Source: Centroscyllium fabricii
Lineage: Eukaryota
Direction: 5' to 3'
DNA length: 64,000 nt
Assembly: GCA_051313645.2 (NCBI GenBank)
Contig: JBNRSN020000009.1
Span: 182,838,001 to 182,902,000, forward strand
Position numbers and translations under genes: made by a program. The notes beneath the pieces were generated by a model. That model saw nothing but the letters and a program-made list of their open reading frames with translations, was not told the DNA's origin and ran no database searches. This document shows, one piece after another, positions 1 through 12,500 of this stretch. The stretch's first letter is position 1. Each line of letters begins with the position of its first letter.

Positions 1-969
1 AACACGGGGAAAACAATTGCAAAAGGTAAAGAACAGTATCAGGAGTAGAAAGAAAAATATTCAGTAACAAATAGAATAAAATAATTCCTACACCACAAGC
101 TGCTGTTGGAATCAATTTGTGTGTGCAATATGTTTCCTACACACACAAATCAATTTGACAGTAGTGAAGCAGTACAGAAAATGCAGTTTAATGTGTGCAG
201 TGTGATTGTTCCTTACAGCAAGAATATTTGGTTTTGTGAAGTTTGTGATCTTCACGGTAAGGGATATGAACCCCTGAAATGGAATATCTTTCCACTTTGG
301 ACAGTTAATTATTCTGTTAAAATAGAAGACAGAGTAATTCCCTTGGGGCACATGTTCGCATAGCGTAATATCAAAGCTTCGGGCAGTCACAATTCAGCTG
401 TAACATGGCCGCAGACTGTCTCATAATCACTCTGCACTGTCGCAACAACTTTCCATTAATAATAACGGTGAGACTGTCAGCGCTCACCGTTATTATTGAG
501 TAAATCAAACAGCAACTTCTGGAGTACGCACATGCACAGTTAAACGCAGAAATCCGGAAGTTGCGGTCTGAGTGACCCTGCTCCTCCGCAGGCTGCGTTA
601 TAACAGTACCTCGCAGATGGATTCGGCATTGAACTCCATACAACAGCGTGAAGTTGCTGTACTTAACCAATACCCACTAAACACACCAGGAAAAGCTGAG
701 GCTGGTGCATTCAGGAGTAAGTGAATTTTGAACTGCGTGATAAGTGATAATTACTGCCAAACAACCTCTCTGGCCCTGAAAATGTAATTTTACAAGTGAG
801 GAGTCTCATTCTTACAGAAGTTAATTAACCTTGGAAATAAAAAAATAATAATTAATGAAAAACATTTTTCTTTACCTTTTCTGTCTGTCTCTTTTATCTC
901 TCTCTTTTAATCCCATCTATCTTTCCCAATCTTTATTTTGTTTCCTGGACATGAATTAAATATAATTTA

Positions 970-1940
970 GGTGGCATGGTGGCATACTGGTTAGCACTGT
1001 TGCCTTACAGCACTAGAGAGCTGGGTTCAAATCCAGCCTCGGGTACTATCTGTGTGGAGTTTGCGCATTCTCCCCGTGTCTGCGTGGGTTTCCTCTGGGT
1101 GCTCCGGTTTCCTCCCACAGTCCAAAGATGTGCGGGTTAGGTTGATTGGCCATGATAAATTGACCCTTAGTGTTAGGGGGATTGAATATAGAATCATAGA
1201 ATCATAGAAGATAGGAGCAGGAGTAGGCCATTCAGCCCTTCGAGCCTGCTCCGCCATTCAATGAGATCATGGCTGATCTTTAGTAAGCTAGTACCCCGTC
1301 CCCACCTTTTCTCCGTAACCTTTAATCCCTTTAGCTTGAAGAAATATATCCAATTCCCTCTTGAATATGTTTAATGAACTGGCCTCCACCGCCCTCTGTG
1401 GCAAGGAATTCCACAGGCCCACCACTCTCTGAGTGAAGAAATTCTTCCTCATGTCTGTCCTAAATGGCTTACCCCTTATTCTTAGACTGTGGCCCCTGGT
1501 TCTGGACTCCCCCGCCATTGGAAACATTCTCTCTGAATCTAACCTGTCCAGACCTTTCAGAATTTTATACGTCTCAATGAGATCGCCTCTCAATCTTCTA
1601 AACTCCAACGAGTACAAGCCCAGACTACATAATCTCTCCTCGTAGGTCATTCCTGCCATTCCAGGAATCAGCCTGGTGAAACGCCGCTGCACTCCTTCAA
1701 TGGCAAGAACATCTTTCCTCAGGCGAGGCGACCAGAACTGTACACAATATGTGGGGTTATGGGGATATGGTGGGAGATGTGTCGGTGCAGGTTCGATAGG
1801 GATCGAGGGATATGGGGACAAGGCAGGGACAGGGTGCTGGGTTTGGATGATCAGCCATGATCTCATTGAATGGTGGAGCAGGCTCGAAGGGCCGAATGGC
1901 CTACTCCTGCTCCTATCTTCTATGTTTCTATATTTCTATG
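970..1940 (+). mobile_element. tRNA-derived V-SINE (shark HE1-like) with CR1-derived 3' tail, split by a LINE insertion
   Basis: Pol III A/B-box-like head (TGGCATACTGG...GGTTCAAATCC), V-domain TGTGTGGAGTTTGC...TTCCTCCCACAGTCCAAAGA, CR1-type tail ending TTCTATG repeats, flanking TAATTTA direct repeat (963-969 / 1941-1947). Confidence 0.88.
1190..1745 (-). mobile_element. 5'-truncated CR1-clade LINE (ORF2 C-terminus and 3' tail)
   Basis: Translation YCVQFWSP...VQRRFTRLIPGM...NFFTQRVVGLWNSLP is typical of CR1 ORF2; tail (TTCTATGA)n; AATAT TSD at 1185-1189 and 1746-1750. Confidence 0.9.
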
Positions 1941-2579
1941 TAATTTAAACTTCCTGCTTTATACTTCCTGGTTTAGACTCTACATGGCTCAGTGAGCATT
2001 CTTCAATCTGATTGGTTGAAGAACCTCGCTGTTTCTGGCCCTGGTCACAGATGCCCGGTAGAGGGCGCTGCACTGGATCACATGCCGGATTAGAGCAAGT
2101 CTCTGCTCAAAAGTGAGATCTTTGTTGGCAGAAGTCAGCGACGTGAATGGTGAGCGCCATCCCTTCGCCGCTGACCGCAAAATCCAGGCCAATGTGCCTT
2201 AACTCCGACCTCAGAGGAACATCCAGTAATGTGATCGCCCCCCCCTCCGCCACCCCCACCACACACATACTCTTGCGACTCCCATTTCCCACAATAGCCA
2301 TTCTTCCGGCCTTTCTGTGTGAAATTGGCAGTTTCTGGGCTGGTTTGTGGCCCACATCCACTTGGAACTGAGCTTATATTCTCCAGATGCATATTATAGT
2401 CACCAACTGTAGTTGAACTAGATGTTCTAGCCTTTTGTTTGATTACCTTTGTGAGTCAGAGAGAAATTATGTTGGTTCTTCCCATTGGAAATTAAATCAT
2501 TATGGTAGGATCCATAACAGGATAAATTACAGATGATCTGCAGAACAGTTTGCTCGATGGGCTGAATAGAAACATGACT

Positions 2580-3374
2580 TTGCCAAAAGTGCGGGAACCT
2601 GGCGGGGATTGGTCTGGGCGGCTTCCTGTCCCACCCGCCTAAACACGTGGGAAGCCCACGAAATTTAAATTTAATTGAGTTGTTAAATCCATGCCGGCGG
2701 CAGCGGGTGGTAATTAATTCAATCGAGTCGGGCTGTAGCGGGGCTGCAAGGAGTTTGATTGACAGTTCCAGCACTGGTTGTTGACAGTTCCCATGGAAAC
2801 ACTCCACTGTGACATCACAGTCGAGTGGAACCAATGAGAAAGGTCAAGTGCTGGTGACTGACAGGTGGGCGGGCAGGCTCCGAATCCTTGACAGCTCGCA
2901 CCGGCTGTGAGCAAATGTGCAAAGCTGAGATTTCTCAGTTTTTGCTCACAGCTGGTGCAGCAACTGCGGAGTAACTTACTCCACTAAGGTGCTGGATGCA
3001 TGCCAAGCATTTGGCAGCTTGTCCTTCACAACTTGAAGGAGAAAGTAATAACCAGTGCTGTGCTCCCGTTGGGTTTCACCCAGCGGGGTTTAAGGTGACG
3101 GGGTTAGGGTGGGAAACAGCTCAAAATGGCTGAGGGCCCTTAAAATGGCATTAAAGATGCCAATTAAGGGCCTTAACGAGGTGACAAGCCATCCCCGCCG
3201 GCCGGCGGCGGGAAGGTTTCGGGGAGGGGAATCAGGGCGGGGGAAAATGAGAAAGCGGCAGTGATACGGCGGGGGGGGGGGGGGGGGGGCGGGGGGGTCG
3301 CGACCCACTGGTTGCGCTATTTTGCCGGCTGAGCCGCCGAAAACCCCGCCTCATGGGGACATGAAATTCCCCCT
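2580..3374. mobile_element. GC-rich MITE (Harbinger-like); related copies at 38980-40848 and 63642-64000
   Basis: Long near-identity of 2600-2920 to 63660-64000 and of 3000-3370 to 40480-40848; right end GAAATTCCCCC. Confidence 0.6.
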
Positions 3375-3376
3375 TG

Positions 3377-3555
3377 AATCAAAGAAGATAGGAGCAGGAG
3401 TGGGTCCTTCGGCCCCTCGAGCCTGCTCCGCCATTCAATGAGATCATGGCTGATCATTCAAATTCAGTACCCTGTTCCTGCCTTCTCCCCATATCGCTCA
3501 ATCCCTTTAGCCTTAACAAATATATCTAACTCCTTCTTGAATATATTTAATGGCC
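3377..3555 (-). mobile_element. CR1 LINE 3' tail fragment
   Basis: Matches the 1190-1390 tail sequence. Confidence 0.75.
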
Positions 3556-4259
3556 TTTTCTTGTTCCTACTTTTCTATAGGATCCTCACAGAGCCAATAC
3601 AGACAACTTTCATCCAATCAGTCTGACTGCCACAGGTCAAAGGGAAAGTACGGATCCACTACACCACTCAGTTCCCCATGAACTGACCCTTCCCACCGCT
3701 CACTCATTCAGCCATGCGTTCAATAAAACTGGTGGCCCTCTCAACATGCCTATAGTCCATGTGACGATCACCCATTCAGTGCTGCTCTTACGAGGTGTAC
3801 TGCCACAGTCCTGCCCTTGTAAATAAATGATACATTTCAGCACGTTCTTTACCCTGTGAAGATATCTGTAAGTTTAATTACTGACATGGGTGATCCCTGT
3901 TCTCATCTGCACAAGGCAAAATCCTAACATGTTTCATTTTTTTTTAATCAGGTGTCATAGTTAAAGACAGGCAGCCTACTGGGTTTCAAACTTTTTCAAT
4001 CTAATTGTACAACTGAATATTTAGGGAGCAGGAAACACAATCCTCCAAATCAGATGTGACAGAGTAAAAAGCAGCATGAAACTATGGCTGGGTTGCAATT
4101 AATAATTGAACGATACAAGTCTGGCAGAAAGGGCGAGAAAAATGAAAGGGAAGAGAAAGTGTGAAGAGAAGCAAAGCGAGAAAGCGGGAATGAAGTGAAA
4201 GTCAAACTGAAGAAGCACCTAACTCTGCAGAACAACAGAGAAATGAGGAAATACATTAT

Positions 4260-5127
4260 GGGCCAGAATTTCGGGTGCCTCGCACCAGATGCCCACGCAC
4301 GAACAGGTCCAAAATGCCCCGTGTGATGAACGCACGGGAGATGCCCACGGATCCGAGATTTCCGATGCTGAGGGAGAAGGGCCCTCAGCATCAAACGCAG
4401 GAGTGAGTTGCACCCAAGAATTCGGGTGGAAAAGGGTCAATTTGCTGCGTGATTCTGTGGGCAACGGAGCCTTGAGATGCACGTCAGAAAAGCTGTAGTA
4501 ACTCGTGCGTGAGGGAGAGAAAAACGTTCTTAAACAAGGTAAGTTACTTTTTTACCTTTAATTTTAAGTTTTAACAATTTTTGGGAGTAATGTGGCCAGA
4601 TCGGTATCATTAAATTTGGATGTTAACGTTTTGAAAAAATTTTTACAAATCTGATTTTCAATTGCTGTACCTATTCCAAATCGCTAATTTTTAAATTTAA
4701 AGTTCTGAAATGTTTAACTAATTTAGTTAAGTTAAAAAACTAAGAGAAAAAAATCGCTGACTTACCTTCGGTGAAAAGCTGGTCTGGCCGCGCTGCTCAC
4801 TGCCGAGTCTGTGAGTGCAGCGCCTCATGTCCCTGCTCTCTAAAAGGTCCGACTCGGGATCTGTGGGCGTTTTTTAATTTAAATTGGTGATCTGTGGGCG
4901 TTTTTTAATTTAAATTTGTGATCTGTGGGCGGGGCATCACTGTTGCGCACGTACGACGGCAGCGCATCAACTGAGCTCCTAGCGTGGCTGGACTGCCACG
5001 TTGCGCAGGAAGGGGGCGGAGCCGAGCCGAAATGCTGGGAGTAAAAAATGTGCGATGTTGGTGCGGTTTGAAAGGTGTCCGCAGGGTCCTACTTCCGTAC
5101 TAACCGGCAAACCCGAAATTCTGGCTC
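4260..5127. mobile_element. MITE with 17-bp TIRs (PIF/Harbinger-like); near-identical copy at 59949-60772
   Basis: TIRs GGGCCAGAATTTCGGGT / ACCCGAAATTCTGGCTC; no coding capacity; second copy in the window. Confidence 0.8.
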
Positions 5128-5299
5128 ATTGTTGTTGTTTTTCACTTCAATCATTTTGGAAGAAGCTATTGTTCATTGGCATTTTCAATTAATTCTGACC
5201 TAGTCCAGGTGATATTACTGTATAACATGAACATTTGTACCTGCACTATATGACGAAGACTAGTGTTACTTTGTACTTTTGTAATTATAATAAGATAAA

Positions 5300-5417
5300 A
5301 GGGAGGTGAGATTGGGATGGGGAGGGAGGGGAGGGAGAGTTGGCGGAGAGTGGGATGAGGGAGAGGGGGGAAAAGTGGGTTGGAGAGTGGGGCGAGAGTG
5401 GGGGAGTGTGCGATGGG
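5300..5417 (+). repeat. Purine-rich (GGAGAGTGGG-like) low-complexity tract, left half
   Basis: G/A-rich degenerate repeats that continue at 13061-13380 on the other side of the LTR element. Confidence 0.75.
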
Positions 5418-5623
5418 TGTTGTGTATGTATAGGCAGCCACTGTGAACCAATAACAAGGCTGCACTATTTCTTTGGGGTATATGAATACTGTAATACACC
5501 TTCTGACCACTGAGTATAAATAATGCTGTATCACGATCTAGTTTCAGTTTCCACCTGGTCTTCAACTAGTAAACACCCTTTATTCTGTTGCCCTGTGTAC
5601 TTCTTAAACTGCATACTTAACAG

Positions 5624-5633
5624 TGGCGACGAG
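5624..5633 (+). promoter_or_regulatory. Primer-binding site complementary to the 3' end of tRNA-Ser(GCU)
   Basis: TGGCGACGAG 1 nt after the 5' LTR; complementary to ...CUCGUCGCCA-3' of vertebrate tRNA-Ser(GCU). Confidence 0.75.
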
Positions 5634-6168
5634 CAAACGGAATGAACTCAGCAGCTACAGTGCAGAAACAGGCCATGAAGAAACTCTCCAGCAGACAGCC
5701 TATAAAGTCGGGCATCGATCGGGAGACAACACCCAGTACAGCAGCCGCAGCAGTCGGACACAGCACCAAGAGGCTGTCGAGGATCGTTTTCATTCTCCAG
5801 CCACGGGGCAACGAGAAAATTAAGGTACTGCACAATCCCTTCCAGCTATCGGAGTTAATTGCCGGATGACACCAAGCTGGGCCCAGGCCGACGGGGGAAG
5901 GTACCGGGTGATTGGAAACTCAACAGGAGTGGCGATCCGCGACCAGGTGACAGTGAACGTTGCCGTGGGTGGAAAAGGGCACCACTATCACAACGAGGAC
6001 CACGTAAATTGATAGCGGGAAAGAAAGAAAAGGAAAAAGGCGGGCAAATGCCATTTTGAGGAGGGAAAAGTGCCGGAAGAGAAAGGAAAAAGGCAGGAAA
6101 ACGCCATTTTCAAACGGAAAAACGCCATCTTGAAATATTTTATTTTTTTGTGTGTATCTAAAAACAAA

Positions 6169-7840
6169 ATGTTTAAAGGAGGCTACCTCACCCCATTCCA
6201 GGAAGGTACAGAAGATTGGGATGCCTATGTTGAAAGACTGGAAGTCTATTGCCAGATGAATGACATACCCGATGACAAAAAGGCCGCGGCCCTTCTAAAC
6301 TACATGGGTGCACAAACGTTTGGATTTTAAAGGACCTGATCACTCCAGACAAACCGACTGACAAAACGTTTGGCCAAATTGTCAAAACGATGAAAGATCA
6401 CTTGAGTTCAGCTCTGCCTCTCATCGTAGAAAGATACCGCTTTTACAAGCTTACGCAACAAAGGGGCCAGTCGCTGGCAGAGTATTTGGCTGAACTGCAA
6501 AGATAAGCGAGACATTGTCAGTTTCGGGAGGGCTTAACGGACGCCCTGCGGGATAAGTTTGTTTGCGGCATGCTGGATGAAACTACCCAAAAGCAGTTAT
6601 TAACCGAAAAACAGCTTACCTTACAGCAAGCATTCAACACAGCATCTGTTCATGAAGCAGCAGCACGAGGCGCTGCAGAAATACAGCAAAATACACCGAG
6701 CTATGGGGCACATGCAGTTACGGTCCAAGCAACCAGGTGCTACCACTGTGGTGCCACAACTCACGACCAAACTGCTTGTTGGTTTCGTGACAAGATGTGC
6801 AGACGATGTGGCAAGCTAGGCCATATTGCCAGAGTTTGTCGCTCACACAACAACAGCAGCCGCAGGGGAAGCACGGCGACTTGCAAGCGAAAAATTCATA
6901 AAATGGATGACAATAGCTTGGATGAGGCACCAGGAGACACGCAGATGGAGTATAAGAACCTGGGATGCCTCGAATTGTACAGTGCGGGAAAAACAGAGGA
7001 CCACCATGTAATGTTGCTCGAGGTCAGAATAGCCGGTGTCAAAATAAATATGGAGTTGGACACAGGATCATCCTTATCGGTCATCAATGTCGAAGATTAC
7101 GAGAGGCTATTCAAATACATTCCTCTGAGGGACACCAAAATTGTCCTGAAGATGTATACTGGGCAGGAAATATATCCACAAGGGTATATACAAGTGACTC
7201 TTAGATACAATGGTATGACAATACCTGGATTGTCTTTATATGTCTTACAGAATGGTGGAGCACCGCTTTTGGGCCGGGAGTGGATAAGAAAAATCCATCT
7301 CGACGGGAACTTGATACATGATTTCATCGAGGTTGCAAAAGATGATACCACCACTTCGGACAGGCTGGAGATGCGCCAGCTACATATCTTCCAACTGAAT
7401 CGAGGACTACAGGAAGACGACAGAGTGGAGGAACTAGAAGGAGCCCTACGTGAGAGTCTACACAAGATTGAGCACGACAGAGTTAACATGCAAAGTCAAA
7501 TTGATGGACTGCAGTCGGATATCGAAACTCTGAAGGCCAATATGGGAACACACCAAGGACTCTTGATAGAACAAGAGAAGAATGAGGTACTGGAGCAGAA
7601 TCTGCAAGTCGTAGCAGAATCATCATCATTACCAGCCAACATGGAACAGGAGGATGAGGCTCCCCAGGAGCTTCAGTTGCAGAGCTTGACACCTGAACAG
7701 GCCCACGATGCCAAAGAGAGTACTCACCTGAACCCAGAATTGCGCGAGCAAATCAGACAACCTGAGAAGGAGGTGGCATACTTCAAAGAGGAGTCTAGTA
7801 AATCTCAGGCTGAAGTTGATAGACTTTCAGAGATGCTGGA
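6169..7840 (+). pseudogene. Element A gag-protease (frameshifted near 6325) fused to an ERC/ELKS-like coiled coil
   Basis: N-terminal EDWDAYVERLE; CYHCGATTHDQTAC and CRRCGKLGHIARVC zinc knuckles; LDTGSS and LLGREW protease motifs; then a heptad-rich segment cut by element B. Confidence 0.85.
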
Positions 7841-10800
7841 TGATGCACAATCAATTACTCCAGTCGATGGTTAGATGTAACCGAGGCTTTTATTAACATA
7901 GAAGTGGACACAGGTCCGATGATCTTCCAAGCCAAAGTGAAAGCACTCAGGTGTGCTGACACTTTTATACCCAGTGGGCGGAGCCTGGGGAGGAAGCCGA
8001 GGAGCGGAGTCCTCTCAGGTGAGCCCTCCCTGGTGAGGAGGCGTTACTGTACAGTTACAGGGAGGGGACACAAGGGGGAGACATATATATATATATATAT
8101 ACATATACAGTGGTTTACCACATTCACACCCTGTTTAAAAAAATTAAGGCGGGTTGAATGATCTTTCAAACAATATTTACAAAAATCAAAGATTGAGTCT
8201 CTCTGGTGGTCTGGTGGGCCAAGTCGACCGTCGCAGTGCAGGTCTTGGGGTTGTTCCTGGGGTCGACGGCCGTGATGCCTCCAGCGGTTGTCTGACTTCC
8301 GGCTGTGTCACGTCTTCTGAAGTCGGTGGTGGAGCAGCTGTGGGGGGTTGGGTGTCGTACATCATTCCGCCCCGAGATTCCCGTGTGCCGTATACTGGAG
8401 CTGTAAAAGAACCAGACGACAGCGTCTCGTGAAGGGGGACGGTGGTGGGGGTGGGGGTGGGGGGGGGGGGGCGGTGGTCTCTGGGGCACCCGAGGGCACA
8501 AGGTCTCTAATGGAGACCGTGTCCTCCCGCCCATCTGGGAATGCCACGTAGGCGTACTGGGGGTTGGCGTGGAGGAGCTGTACCCTTTCGACCAGGGGGT
8601 CTGTCTTGTGGGCCCTCACGTGTCTCCGGAGTAAGACAGACCCGGGGGATGTCAGCCACGTTGGCAGCGAGGTCCCGGATGCAGACTCCCTGGGGAAGCA
8701 GAACATCCGCTCGTGAGGGGTGGCATTGGTGGCGGTGCAGAGCAGTGACCTAATGGAGTGGAGGGCATCTGGGAGAACCTCCTGCCAGCGGGAGATGGGG
8801 AGGCCCTTGGACCGCAGGGCAAGGCTGATGGCCTTCCAGACGGTGCCGTTCTCCTGCTCAACCTACCCGTTGCCCCGGGGGTTGTAGCTAGTGGTCCTGC
8901 TCGTCGCAATCCCTTTGGACAGCAGGTACTGGCGCAGCTCGTCACTCATGAATGACGACCCCCTGTCTGTGTGAATATAGTTGGGGTAGCCGAACATGGT
9001 GAAGATGCTGTGCAGACACCTGATGGTTGTGGCTGTGGTCATGTCTGGGCAAGGGATTGCGAAGGGGAAGCGTGAGTACTCATCGATGACTGTCAGGAAG
9101 TACCCGTTCCTGTTGGTGGAGGGGCGGGGGCCCTTGAAATCGACGCTCAGTCGTTCGAAGGGGCTGGTGGCCTTGACCAAGCTTGCTCTGCTAGGTCGGA
9201 AAAAATTGGGTTTGCACTCTGCACAGGTGGGGCAGTGCCTGGTGATGTCCTGGACGTCTTAAAACGGAATAGGGCAGGTTGCGGGATTTCACGAAGTGAT
9301 AGAGCTGGGTGATCCCGGGGTGGCAGAGGTCATTGTGGATGGACTGCAGTCTATCCACTTGTGCTCTGGCACAGGTTCCACGGGATAGTGCGTCCGGGGG
9401 CTCATTGAGTTTACCAGGCCGGTACAAGATGTCATAATTATAGGTGGACAGTTCAATTCTCCACAGTAGGATTTTGTCATTTTTTATTTTACCCCGCTGG
9501 TTGTTACTAAACATGAAAGCCACCGACCACTGGTCAGTGAGCAGGGTAAATCTTCTACCAGCCAGGTAGTGTCTCCAGTGCCGCACCACATCCACGATGG
9601 CCTGGGCCTCCTTCTCCGCTGATGAATGCCTGATTTCGGGGCCATGAAGGGTGCAGGAGAAGAAGGCAACCGGCCGACCAGACTGGTTGAGAGTGGTGGC
9701 CAGGGCAAAGTCAGAGGCATCACTTTCCACCTGGAACGGGGCGGATTCGTCCACAGCGTGCATGGTCGCCTTGGCGATGGCCGCTTTGATGCTGTCGAAG
9801 GCTGCACGAGCGTCGTTCGACAGGGGGAAAGAGGTGGATTTCAGGAGGGGGCGGGCTCTGTCGGCATACTGGGGGACCCATTGGGCGTAGTACAAAAAGA
9901 AGCCCAGGCACCTTTTCAGGGCCTTCGGGCTCTGGGGGAGGGGGAGCTCCATGAGGGGGCGCATGCGTTCGGGGTCCAGGCCGATGACCCCGTTTTCCAC
10001 GACGCACACCAGGATGGCGAGGCGGGTGGTGCGGAAAATGCATTTTTCCTCATTGTAGGTGAGGTTGAGGCACTTGGCGGTGTGGAGGAATCTGGCCAGG
10101 TTGGCATCGTGGTCCCTCATGTCGTGGCCACAGATGGTGACATTGTCGAGGTAGGGGAAGGTAGCCAGCAGCCCGTTTCGGTCCACCATCCGGTCCATCT
10201 CCCGTTGGAAGACCGACACGCCATTGGTGACCCCGAAAGGGACCGTCAGGAAGTGGTAGAGGCGGCCATTCGCCTCAAAGGCGATGAAGTGGTGGTCTCC
10301 AGGGTGGATGGAGAGCTGATGGTATGCCAACTTAAGGTCAATTGTAGAGAACACCCTGCACTGTGCAATCTCGTTGACCATGTCTGAGATGCGAGGCAGG
10401 GGGTATGCGTCCAATTGGGTGAAACGGTTTATTGTCTGGCTGTAATCGATGACCAGGCGGGGTTTGTTGCCGGTCTTGACGACTACAACCTGGGCCCTAC
10501 AGGGGCTGTTGCTGGCCTCGATGATCCCCTCCCTCAGTAGCCGCTGGACCTCAGACCCAATGAACAGTCTGTCCCCCGTGCTGTAGCGCCTGCTTTTGGT
10601 AGCTATGGGCTTACAGTCGGGGGTGAGGTTAGCGAATAGTGAGGGAGGGGCGACTTCAAGGGTCGAAAGGCTGCAAACGGTGTGGGGTTCGCGCTGTGCG
10701 AACTGCTGGCTACAGACAGTCAAGGAGGGGAGGGGGCCACCGTATTTCATGATGACGCTGTCGAGGTGGCTCTGAAAATCAATGCCCAGTAGGACGGCAG

Positions 10801-12386
10801 CGCAGAGGTGGGGGAGGACCAGTAGTTTAAAACGGTTATACACAGTACCCCGCACCCTGAGTGTGACCACGCAAAGACCACCGACTTCCGCCGTCGCGGC
10901 GTTGGAAGCCATTAGGATCCGCTGGCGCGCGGGGAGTACCGTGAGGGAAAGCTTCCGCACCGTGTCCGGATATATAAAACTTTCGGTACTCCCTGAGTCA
11001 AAAAGGCAATTAACCGCACGGCCGTTTACCTCAATCCCCATTGTTGATCGCGCCAGTTGGTGGGGCCGGGTCTGGTCCAGTGTTATCGATGCGAGCTGCG
11101 GGAGCTCTGTCGTTAGGCGTAGTGATGTCCATTGGTCGCACACGGCTGAGTAGTCCTCAAGATGGCCACCCTGTGGGAGTAGGCGTGGCGCTGGTGCAAG
11201 ATGGCTGCCACCGTGTTCACCGCGTGGAGGGGGGGAGGGTGCAAGATGGCCGTCCGATCCAAAATGGCCGCCCCCATGTTCGCCACGTGGGGGTGAGTGC
11301 TGGTTGCCCCAAAATGGCCGCTCTGTGGGAGCACACGCGGCGCTGCTGGGGGGGGGATGGTCTGCTCTTGCACACTGCTGCATAATGTCCCTTCTTCTTG
11401 CAGCTAGAGCACAGCGCTTCTTTAGCAGGGCAGCGCTGCCTGGGGTGTTTCGTCTGCCCGCAGAAATAGCACCTCTGGGGTCGGGCCGCTGCTGCGGACG
11501 TGAGTGGGGGCACAGCGGTGGTCGTCTCGCCCGCGCCCCTTGCTGGTCGTAGGCCTCTCCCTGCAACTGTGCTGCCTCCAGCGATTCTGCTAGTGCTTCG
11601 GCCGCTGCCAGGCCTATGTTACTCCGCTCCAGCAGTCGCTGGCGAGGATAGGATGACCTGAGCCCGGCCACCAGCGCACCCCGGAGGATTATGTCTTGGT
11701 GCTCGTTGGCCGTTAGCGGCCTACAATTGCAGGCGCGCACGAGCGTTCGCAACGCTGCCATATAGTTCGTTAGGGACTCACCAGGCTGTTGTTTCCTGTT
11801 TAGCAGTAGGTGCCTGGTGTAGATTTCGTTAGCTGGCGTAGTGAAGTGGGCTTTTAAGGCATCCAGGGCGCTCCTGTAGGTCGTTTCGCCCTCGATTAAG
11901 CTGAAAAGCACAGGGCTGACCTGGGCCCGCAGGACGCTGAGTTTCCGCTGGTCTGTGTCCACGGTCAGGCAGGATTCCTCGAGGAAGGCTTCGAAGCAGG
12001 AGACCCAGTGTGTGAAGGCCCGCTCAGCGCCTGCTGATCGCAGGACGAGGTTGAGTCTTTCGGGCCTCAGGAACTTTTCCATCCTCTTCGCGAAAAAAAC
12101 TATGTTAATAAAATTGATGCACAATCAATTACTCCAGTCGATGGTTAGATGTAACCGAGGCTTTTATTAACATAGAAGTGGACACAGGTCCGATGATCTT
12201 CCAAGCCAAAGTGAAAGCACTCAGGTGTGCTGACACTTTTATACCCAGTGGGCGGAGCCTGGGGAGGAAGCCGAGGAGCGGAGTCCTCCCAGGTGAGTCC
12301 TCCCTGGCGAGGAGGCGTTACCGTACAGTTACAGGGAGGGGACACAAGGGGGAGACATATATATACATATACAGTGGTTTACCACA
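7841..12386 (-). mobile_element. Near-full-length Ty3/Gypsy LTR retrotransposon 'B'
   Basis: LTRs at 12115-12386 (5') and 7841-8122 (3'), TG...CA; 5-bp TSD CTGGA (7836-7840 / 12387-12391); PPT-like AAACAGGGTGTGAA before the 3' LTR; order gag-PR-RT-RH-IN. Confidence 0.95.
8166..12082 (-). pseudogene. Element B gag-pol polyprotein with several frameshifts
   Basis: gag start MEKFLRPERL at 12082; CCHC knuckles in a shifted frame (11217-11513); LFDSGS protease; RT VPFGVTNG...YLDN; RNase H DASD...EKEAQA...TDQ...DALSR; integrase HHCC and DFKGP...DRGSSF in downstream frames. Confidence 0.92.
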
Positions 12387-12391
12387 CTGGA

Positions 12392-12500
12392 ATAATTCGA
12401 GACTACGAAAAAGGACAGAGATACAAAAATAACAGAGCTTGAGGGACAAATAAAAGATCAGAATCACACAATTACCAACCTGGAACAGAAAGTCCAACAA
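12392..12500 (+). pseudogene. Continuation of the element A ERC/ELKS-like coiled coil after the element B insertion
   Basis: After removing B and one TSD the frame reads EMLE*FETTKKDRDTKITELEGQIKDQNHTITNLEQKVQ. Confidence 0.75.

Larger units (their letters stand above)
400..2190. mobile_element. Non-autonomous DNA transposon (PIF/Harbinger-like MITE) interrupted by a SINE
   Basis: Right end CCGCTGACCGCAAAATCCAGGCC resembles the ends of related elements at 14788-18234 and 36976-37680. The left boundary is degenerate and approximate. Confidence 0.45.

Noticed and set aside
970-1045. tRNA genes at SINE heads (also 38250-38320)
   Set aside because: The A/B boxes run into SINE bodies and no complete cloverleaf is evident.
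4219-4498. ORFs repeated at 59799-60177 as a duplicated small gene
   Set aside because: Both lie within copies of the same non-coding MITE.
9626-10387. 253-aa antisense ORF over element B pol
   Set aside because: A GC-rich shadow frame of RT that is not kept at this length in C or E.
9191-12124. 977-aa ORF as an intact polyprotein
   Set aside because: The zinc knuckles are in another frame and the integrase is split; the ORF is open only through compensating frameshifts.
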